A DNA stretch of 64,000 nucleotides, taken from positions 5,670,407-5,734,406 of the forward strand of contig MU058584.1 in NCBI GenBank assembly GCA_013265495.1, given 5' to 3'. The position numbers were made by a program, and so were the translations under genes. A model generated the notes under the pieces. It saw only the letters and a program-made list of their open reading frames with translations, was not told the DNA's origin and did not search any database. Numbering within the stretch: the first letter of the stretch is position 1; every line of letters begins with the position of its first letter. This document shows positions 54,241 to 64,000 of this stretch, piece by piece. Source of the DNA: Vicugna vicugna (lineage: Eukaryota).

Positions 54241-54990
54241 TATGCATATCCTTTCTTCCTCAGGGTTTTCTTTGCTCTTCTGATAACTGATTATGTAGAA
54301 AAGGAGATCTTCTTAGAGGCTCTGAATTTGAAGATTATAAATGAATAGCTTATTAAGCCTGGATATTTATCATCTAATTCTATGACATTCATGTAGTCTT
54401 CCTCTGATTAATCCTTTATCTCAACGTGGTAGTAATAATGATGATGATGATGATACTGGAATAAACACTATTTATTGAGCATCTACTATGTTAAATATTT
54501 TGCCTATAGTATCTTATTTAATTCTGACAACAATCCTATATGGTAAAAACAAATTCATTTGTTGAACGAATATTACTAAGTGCCTAATATGTGCTGTATC
54601 TTGTTATCTCATTTTTAACTTTGGAAACTGAGGCTGAGAGAAGTCAAGTAACTTCCTTAGGGCCACATAGTAAGTAACAGGATAGGAATTAAATCTAAGC
54701 CTATGTTCTTTCTACCATGCCCAAAATGAGAGAGTCTGGACTTTGTAGTTCTTCTGCAGAAGAAAGTTAATGCTTATTCAAGGAAATTACAAATAAACAT
54801 CTTCCCCTGTAAAAGTAGTCACTCCAACTGGGGCCAGCCATTTAAGTAATCCTCACTCCTCCCCAGCGAGCAAATGCTTCTCACTGACATATGAAATCTA
54901 CATGATTCAGATTATGATTGCTGTCGACTGTTGACAACGATCTTTATCCATTTTTCATGGAAAGCAAGGCAGATATTTAATAAGAAATCA

Positions 54991-55302
<312 letters not shown>

Positions 55303-56049
55303 CTAGAGGAAAGAGTGATTCACAGATGTATTTAAGCTCAGCAAAACCCAGATCCCAAAATGTCAGCATTGTGGGCCAAGGTGGATGGATGGCTATTAAA
55401 TTGAACCAAAGATGTATTGAAGGCTTACGATTGCAAAGTGACTTATGTATATTATTTCATCTAATTTTTACAACCATCCTGTGAGATAGGGCCCTACTAG
55501 TTTACCCCAGAAACACCAAAATGGGCTTGTTTTTAGGCTCAAAGCAAAAGTACTGACATTACCTACAAATTGAAATGAAATGATAGGTGCTACAGATTTG
55601 AAAAATGAATGAGGCTTGGTTCTTACTCACATTACGCTTACAACCTACTGGTGCAGAGAGACATGCACTTGTGAATTTCTGTTAAAAATCTGGAGACAAA
55701 AGGCACTGTAAACGAGGTATGAATGGGGTTAGGTGGGAATGTCTGGGAAGAGCATTTTGGTTGAATGCTTAGGAGAGGTTGAGGGAATTAAAGTTTCTTA
55801 GGAGAAAGAGTTGGCCCTTATAGAATGAATAGGAGCTCAGCAGAGGGAGAAATAAAATTATAAGATCATTTTTTTCTTGATGAGTGTCAAATTACTTAGC
55901 AAGCAGTCTTGAAAAGAAATGTAATTACTTGTTAATTTTGGAAAATAAATAAATCACCTATAGCTCTCTTGCCACATTCACCTCTAAAACCCTCTGGTGC
56001 TTGTGGAAACCCCTCAGATGGTCTTAGCAAAAATCAAAAGATGACTTAC

Positions 56050-56209
56050 TTGGATAACATCATCTACTTCAGCTCTAATGATAGGGCCAAGAATGCCAAG
56101 ATGCTCTTCATACTCCCCCCGAGGATCAAGTTGGGTAAAAGTGCTATCAAGGTACTTTCGGAAAACTACTTTCTTGTATATGGTGTCCCTTGGAACGTCA
56201 TCGTCTTCA
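56050..56209 (-). CDS. F5: Coagulation factor V exon 14 (start of A3), 160 bp
   Basis: (S)[53 protein letters not shown]; acceptor gtttcag; donor CAA|GTAAGT. Confidence 0.95.
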
Positions 56210-57453
56210 CTGAAACGGTATTGATAGCATTCATTTAAAAGAACAAATTAAAGACCCTTCAAAGAATTTAGGAAATTATCTCTTGTTTTGAACATTATAT
56301 CTAGCATAGTGATAATATTTTGTCAATATTTGATGAACAAATGAATTATAAATGGCTAAAAACAAAAAGCCAGTAAATATTCTCTGATCCCTGCAAAGCT
56401 AGCCGAATGCTTTGTTACCGCCTACCCTCTTCTTGAGTTCTAGCCACGCAGGTCTCCAGCTTCAGGGCTTCCTTCTTCCACGGGGCCTTGACCATGCTGT
56501 TCTGTCTGTCTAGAAGGCTCTCCCCTCTCCACCTCCTGCCTAGGTCACGCCTATTCATCTTTAGATATCAGTTCAAGTGCTGCTTCTCCAGAGTCAGATT
56601 CCCCAGTTCTCGTATCACCATGTGTCTGCCTTTCCTTCTTGGTCTTTACCATGGTTATTTTTCACACTTATTTATGTGAGCACTTGGTTCATATCTACCT
56701 GGCCAACTAGACATAAGTTCCATTAGGGCAGGTGTCATGTGTGTTTATTTTCTCTTTTATAGTATCAGCACTTAGCACAATGCCTAAGAGAGAATAAGCA
56801 CTCATTAAAGAGTTGTTTTAGTGAGTGATTCTTTAAACCAATTTAAAACAAAAGTTTAAATCAAGATAAATCATTATGTACTGAATGCCTCAGTTGAGGG
56901 TATACACTTGGTTTTTGTTTCTAAGCTAGTTTATTTCCTATTACTGGAATCTCATGGAATTTGAATTAAACTTCACCAAGATGCTCTATACTTTACAATG
57001 ATCAGTAAACAATTTAAAAATGTTTTCGGTAAACAAGTTAATTGCAAAAGGATATTTCTATATCACAAATTTGGAATTGAAGCCAACTTCAATGAAATCA
57101 TATTGATTCGCAAGGCTATGGGTACGTTCAGCTCTGCACTGGGGCAAAAAGAACGTGTAGGAACATGTGTGGTGAGAAAAGAAGAGAGATGAGGGGAGCT
57201 AATTTAACTACAAAATATCATAGACTTCTTAACAGTGATTGCTCTTACATTGCCCAGATGTCACTTAAAGTAGAGAAGCTAATCTTGGAATTGACAAAGG
57301 AAATAGGATAGGCCAAGTTGCAATAGGGGAACTATACTTGCTTAAATTATACTTAGTATAACTCGCCCAGAATTATCTCCTTGGACTGTTGTAGTTACAT
57401 TTTTTTAGCAGTAGTGGAAAAATGAGAATATAAAAGGAGAGAATTGGCCAAAC

Positions 57454-59740
57454 CTGTGTGCAAATTTTGAATAATCCCAGGACAGTTCTTCAGCAGCAAT
57501 GTAATAATTTTTTCTGTTTCCATTGTTGCTGCGAAGGTACCATGCTGCAATGTTGTCAGGATTTCTGGAGGAGTTAATGTTGATCCTCAGATCAGTTTGG
57601 TACGGGTCATCATAGGCCACGTAATAATCTTCAACATAGTCTTCTTCACTGTTCTCTTCCTTCTGCCTTGGAATAATCTCAATGTAATCTCCATCATCTC
57701 TACTGAGTCCTACTACAACTGGTGGATTAAATTCCCTTGGTATAAAAGTGCTATTTAGTGTAGAATGTGGTGGAGAAGATGGCATCTGACCAAGATCTGG
57801 ATAAGGGAAAATCTGATCAAAGTCTAGTGGAGGCAGTGACTGACTAGATTCAGAAGTATAGGATGTCTGATCAAGGTCTAGAGGAGGTGATGTCTGCCTG
57901 AGATCAGGAGAAAGGGGTGTCTGACTGATGTCTGATAAGAGAATTGCCTCGCTGAGGTCTGAGGAAAGGGGCATCTGACCCAGGTCTGGGGAAAGGGTTG
58001 TCTGGATGAGGTCTGGAGAGAGAATCCCCTGGATGAGGTCTGGAGAGAGAGTCTCCTGGATGAGGTCTGGAGAGAGAATCCCCTGGATGAGGTCTGGAGA
58101 GAGAGTCTCCTGGATGAGGTCTGGAGAGAGAGTCCCCTGGATGAGGTCTGTGGAAAGGGTTGTCTGGCTGAGGTCTGAAGAGAGGGATGGTTGACTGAGT
58201 TCTGGAGAATTGACTGTCTGCCAGACTTCAGGTTTCAAGGAGGGGAGCATTTGATTAACATTAGTTGGGAAGGCCTCGTTTTTTAGGTCATAGTTGGGTA
58301 CCTGGCTGGGCTCTGGAGGAAAAGATCTGTGACTGGGGACAGTAGAGGAGTGCGTTGGATCAGAGTCTTGAATAGGGGATGTTTCATAGCGTTCCTCTGG
58401 GGGCACTGTCTGATAAAGATCCAGAGGGGAGCTTGTGTGACTGGTGTCATTTGTGGGGTTCTGAATATGGTCAGGAAGTGAGGCTATCAGACTAAGATTC
58501 ATAGAGGGGAATGTCTGATTGAGGTCTGTTGGAAGAGATGTTTCATTGGACTTATGGAGTAACAATGAATGACTGAGTCTCCTGTCTGAAAATGGGGTGT
58601 TGGACTGTCCACTTAGAGGGCGAAAACTCCTTGGAGATAGAGGAACATGGTGCGCAGATTTCTCTTCCTTTTTCTTTTTTCGTGTCCTAATTAAAAAAGG
58701 GCCTTTCTTCAATCTACTATTTCCTTCATCTTGTCTTTCTTGTAGAGGCTTATGTCTAGTTACAGAAAACTTTGGGTGATCACTCTGCTTTCTAGGCTTC
58801 TTTGTAAAAGGGATGTTTTCTGCCTGAGTCCTTGAGGCATTCTGGGTGCTGTTTGGCAGCTTTTCAATGGCTGTGTCTTTATCAGCATCTTGGATTATTT
58901 CATAACTACCTTTCTCGGAAACCAAATGCCATTTCCCATTCAAAATCTTAGACGGATCCTTTTGTTGTAAGAGTAACAGATCACTGGGAAGGTTCTCCCA
59001 GGATCCCATTCTGGAGGAAGGAATGTTGTCCTGGCTTAAATGTCTTCCAGTTTTATGCGCTGGGAATTCCATCTGGGAGGACCTGTGCTTTGCTGCTTGG
59101 TCTCTTCCTGCCTTGAATCTTTTATGTTTAGCATATTCTTGACTTTTTAATCCTTTTTTACCAAATGGAAGCAGGCTTATCCCTGTGACATCTGACTGTA
59201 GAGGATCTTCCACAGGGTCTTCAGAATAAGGGCTGGAATGCTCTGCTGTGGGAGAGTTGAGAACTGAGGTCTTGTCTAAGCCAAGGTGTCCTAGGTGAGG
59301 ACCAGCTGTTGTGCCTTCTGGGTGAGGAAGCATTTTCTGAGGTTCTGCAAAGTTATTGACAATGAGCCTGCTGATGTTGCCTGGGGAAGAAGAATTTGAA
59401 CCAACAGCTGTATTGGTACTTGGAGGAATGAATTCAGAGTTGTTCTCCAGAGCTAGGGCAGTAAGATTCAACTCTTCTTCTTTCTGATTCAGTGATGAAT
59501 TTCTGAATGACCTAATTCCTAATGATGAAGCCAGTGTGTTCTGGTAATCAGCATCATCCTCTTCATCTTTGTTTTCTGAAGAATCATGCATTTTCCTTGT
59601 AGTCATGTCTGTAGATGCTGAATATTCGTAAGTGATCTCATATGAATCCTCCTCATTCCGGATACACTTAACGTCCCTGAATCTCAGCCGTAGTTTTTTG
59701 CTTCTTCGATTGAAATTCATGGTAGTTAACATCCAAGTTC
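57454..59740 (-). CDS. F5: Coagulation factor V exon 13 (end of A2, entire B domain, start of light chain), 2287 bp
   Basis: Thrombin sites LGIR|SFR, LSPR|SFR and WYLR|SNNG; basic region ...[12 protein letters not shown]; acidic region DDGDYIEII...YDDPY. Acceptor ttttttgtag at 59741-59742; donor CAG|GTTTGG at 57452-57453. Confidence 0.98.
57870..58220 (-). repeat. F5: Coding 27-bp minisatellite (13 nonapeptide units, consensus QxxLSPDL[I/S]) in the F5 B domain
   Basis: [117 protein letters not shown]. Confidence 0.95.
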
Positions 59741-60339
59741 CTACAAAAAAGAGACAGAGAACAAGAGCTCTAAGTACAGAAAAAGATATAAAAATCCAGC
59801 AGTCCATTGTGGCAGGTAATTTCCAGTGAACTTTCATCAGGGATACTGTGATCTGCGGACCACTAATGATCTGTGAACTGTTGGTTACTGTTCCACAGTG
59901 ACATAAGGAAAGAGTAAAGTACGTAGGAAACTTTTTAGCGATTTGACATTTCTATGACATCTAAGCATGTGATCAGTGTACTCATCATTTAACAGAATAT
60001 AGACCAAAAGTATTGGTCAGTGGAGATTAGAGAGAAAAAACTTTCAGCACAGACAGATTGAGAGTCACTATTTTGGAATATACTTAAGCAAGGATGTATC
60101 AAGAATGAAATGGACTTTGAATATCATAAACATCTTGTGAGCTGCACATTTTGTCAGACAGCTGGAGCTAGGGGGAGGGTGATGATGTTTATCCAGACAA
60201 ATAAGAGACACTTAGATATTTCTAAGTAACAAATAATTCAGGGCATTTTTGAGTCTCTTTGAAATAGTATGATTTGCTGGCACACTGAAGATTTCCTGGG
60301 AAGTCTTCACTAGTTACCACATGTTAATTTTCTACTGAG

Positions 60340-60530
60340 TCCTAGGCACTTGGCATATATTACAATGAATGGTCAAAGCATCTCTGTAAGGTGTTGTTAT
60401 TCTATTTTTCAGATGAATAAACTGAGGCTCAGTGAGGTTGAGTAACTTGTCTAAGGTTACACAGATATCGAGGGGCAGAGCAGGATGTGAACCCAGGTCT
60501 GATGAACTCCAAAGCCCACATGTTTTCCAT
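60340..60530 (-). mobile_element. MIR SINE remnant
   Basis: ttttcagatgaataaactgaggctcagtgaggttgagtaacttgtctaaggttacacag. Confidence 0.75.
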
Positions 60531-60832
60531 GACGCTGGTGTCTCTGAGGCCAGTCTCTAAGGCACTATATCAGATGATCACTGACCCTAGGATGGGATGG
60601 CCATCTTAAAAAACTGAAAAAGGCATTCTGATAAAAGAAACGCTCTTCAGTGGCTGAAGACCCATGCTTTCTCCTCAAAGTCATGCCTTCTTTCTACTGT
60701 TGTGTCTTTACTTCTCACTTAGCCCAAAGAAGGATAAATGGAACCCACATTAAAGGACTACACCCCGTTAAGTAATTAATTCCCCAAATAAAGATCATGA
60801 GAAGTATTGAGAGGAAAGCCTGCAAGGGATCA

Positions 60833-61207
<375 letters not shown>

Positions 61208-61887
61208 TTAATTGGGTTGTATCAAAGCAGCTTTTCTGAGATAAGCTTTCCCAAATCTAACATGTGACTGGAAGATCAAACTCAGACTTTTCAAATGAGA
61301 GCTCATTCTCCTAAGTTAGCCAAGGGAGAAACATCAGGATAGAGATAAAGTCTTTCATTCATATTGATTTAATTATTCATTTGTTAAATGTATCTCAAAT
61401 ATTTTGTACTCGAGGTTCTGCTTTTAAAGATATTCTGAAGATCAACTTAGAATATTACCTAGAGTAATTTTACCTGGAGGAAAAGCGTAATATAAGAAAT
61501 TCATCTTCTCAACTCAGGAGATACTGAGTAAGACATAATGTCCCTAAAAATAAGGCCTATTTAACACATATGACAATTTTTATTGCTCCACCTTAGCATT
61601 TATATAATCTATCATTGGCATTCAAGTATCAAGTTTAGACATTTTCCTTCTCTTTCAAAGGGATACAGCGTTAGGCAGTCTCATTATTTATTTACACATT
61701 AAGCATGGTCATAAAATCACACATAACATTTCTATGAGGCAGAGTCCACATCTGTCTGGTTTACTGCACTAGCCCTAGTCCTAGGACGATGCCTGGTACC
61801 AGTGAGGACTTAAAGATTTATCGAATAACTGACATAACGTGTTTTTAGTTCATACCTCCTTCAGGAAGCTTTTCTAAAATGGTTGAT

Positions 61888-62187
61888 AGCTGTGCTGTCT
61901 AGCATGGTAGCCACTAGTTCCAAGTGGCTATCGAGCACTTGAAATATGGGTAATCTGAATTGAGACATGCTATGAGTATAAAACACACACTTCAAAGACT
62001 TAGTAAGAAATAAGACAAAACTCAATGATTTTTATTATTTATTATATTTTGAAATGATAATATTTATGATATATTGTATTAAATAAAACATTAAAATAAA
62101 TTTCATCTCTTTTTAATTTTTAATATGTCTGCTAGAACATTTAAAATTATATTTTTGGCTCATGTAATTTCTGACAGACAGCACTGG
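61888..62187 (+). mobile_element. MER33/MER3-like hAT-Charlie element
   Basis: gctgtgctgtctagcatggtagccactagttccaagtggctatcgagcacttgaaat...agacagcactg. Confidence 0.75.
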
Positions 62188-63035
62188 TCTAGAACTATGA
62201 CATATTCACTGCCAAAATGAAATTAAGCCAAGAAAGCTGAGACTAACTCCCTGTTTGAAACCATTTTCTGCCAAGTCTGATAATCCCCACTTGTCAGTCA
62301 TCTGAAGCTCTATGAACAGACCATGGAGAAATCATCCTCATTTCTGTGGTTACTTATCAGAGAAGGTGATCATGGTGACTCTCAACTCTGAGGAAGGCCC
62401 CCGACCATCATGGAGAAGTTGGCTTCCTGCTGGCTCAGTGAAATCTCTCCCAGACTTCCCACAGCAGTGGCTTTGGGTACTGACTTTAAAACTGCAACAA
62501 ATGCCTGGACTTTGGCTCAGGACATTCCTTCTTTTCTGAACTTCTTATCGCTCACTTCACACCTCTTTGTGGACTGACTCTCCAAGGCTCTTGGCTCCCG
62601 AGTTGCGTTTTGCATTAGTTTGATTTGACAGGCTAGCTTTGGATTACTTACCTTATTTCTGCCCTGGTCATAAAGAATATTCACGCTGCACCCAGTCTAA
62701 AATCCCCAGATACCTCTGACCAAGGCCTATAGCCTCTTCCCTCACCAGCCCTCACCCCACCCCGGTCTTCCCTGCTCAGAGTAGGTGCATATGTGCACAC
62801 ACACACATATTTGAAATAGGAGACCAAGAAGACATCTAAGGATAACAAACTTTTGACCTCTTGCTGTGAAAAAAGGTTGCTATAACATCACCCAGTAATT
62901 TCATCACCAAATCATTACGCTGAAAGTGAAGATAAGAAGTAAGTGGATTCTAATTCACATCTCTGCCTCTAGGCACAGTCACACTTCAACCACAGGAGTG
63001 AAAAACGGATGGGCAGAAACAGTGCTCCAACTTAC

Positions 63036-63186
63036 TGCTCATGATGTTTGACTCATAAAACTTGGGGTCATCGCGGATCACCCCCTCGGGATTTTCACAA
63101 AATTTGTAGATGTTGTCCTCGATGTACCAGCTCTTGTTTTCATCAAACACAGCAAACACAGCCTGCTGCTCAATGTCTGCTGCCCT
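63036..63186 (-). CDS. F5: Coagulation factor V exon 11 (A2), 151 bp
   Basis: [50 protein letters not shown]; acceptor ttttacccaccag; donor GCA|GTAAGT. Confidence 0.98.
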
Positions 63187-64000
63187 CTGGTGGGTAAAAG
63201 TGCTGTGGTCAGTGAGTAATGTCTTAGCCGATTACATACAACACTTGAGTTCCCAGAAACCAAAGGGGCACAGCCCTTGGGGCCAACGAAGCCAAAAAAT
63301 TCAGTCATCTCTAAGTGCATATCGTGTATGGAGCCCTTGTTAGAGCCAAAGGTAGCATATAAAAGCAAACAGGGCAGATCAGAAAATTCAGACTTAAATA
63401 TCCTAACAGAAAAATCCCATTTCAACATGGCAACTGTTACTCTGCTTATCTCTATAAATGAAGACCTTTCAACCTGAATGCTTGGATGTGCTCCAAATAG
63501 TTGCAAAGGATGAAAGAGAAGAGTTCAGTAGGAAAGTTTTATACCTCTCCCTACCTGCTTCCTTTCTTAGCTCAATAAATGAGGGTCTTCCAAATGTCTA
63601 GCTCTGATTTTTCTAGACATATATTTTGTATGCCTTCAGATGAGACTGTTTTGATTATAGCTAAGACTAATTGGGAATTCTAAGTTAATAACGTGAGACT
63701 TCTATTCTTCAATGGAGATAAAGTCAGAAGATCCATATCTTTGTTCACATTCTCCTGTATAATTTAGTCTCACTAGAGGTAGACCATTGTCCGAGTTCAA
63801 CTTCACAAGAAGCTATGACCCCAAGTGTATCTCTCCTCCCCCTATTGCAGGTCTCCACAAATAACCTCTAATAATAAGGATTAGTCCAGAGCTTTACACT
63901 TTTACCCGGTGGTATCTCATTGAGCCCCAGAACAATCCTATACATTTTTAGGAGGGGATAATATCCATTTGATGAAAGGAAGAAATTAAGAGAAGCTAAG

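Noticed and set aside
57870..58220. Regularly spaced repeats superficially like a CRISPR array; antisense ORF (MRSGERIPW)n
   Set aside because: Head-to-tail 27-bp coding repeats without unique spacers, inside F5 exon 13; the antisense ORF is a by-product.
63187..64000. Search for the APC site equivalent to Arg506 (factor V Leiden)
   Set aside because: Exon 10 is outside this window, so nothing can be said about it.

Overview
Mammalian genomic DNA, almost certainly from a camelid: two tRNA-Ala-derived Vic-1-type SINEs are present and the protein sequences are artiodactyl-like. Two genes lie head-to-tail on the minus strand. The first is the 3' part of coagulation factor V (F5): coding exons 11-25, 36657-63186, all with canonical GT-AG sites and a continuous reading frame; exons 1-10 lie beyond the right edge. 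The second is the 5' part of thiamine transporter 1 (SLC19A2): CpG-island promoter, exons 1 and 2; the remaining exons lie beyond the left edge. Introns and the ~23 kb intergenic spacer are filled with L1, L2, MIR, MaLR/ERV LTRs and Tigger/hAT DNA transposon remnants. I found no clearly new multi-gene system. The best leads concern F5 splicing and structure: (1) a duplicated exon-19 acceptor in intron 19 that forms a candidate 68-nt poison exon; (2) a B domain with only 13 nonamer repeats; (3) loss of the human FV-short donor with retention of its acceptor and a possible replacement in-frame donor; (4) a one-residue insertion in the C2 domain; (5) a SINE inserted ~30 nt from the exon-16 acceptor. 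Comparisons with human and bovine genes are from recall, and repeat subfamily names are by eye; both need verification.
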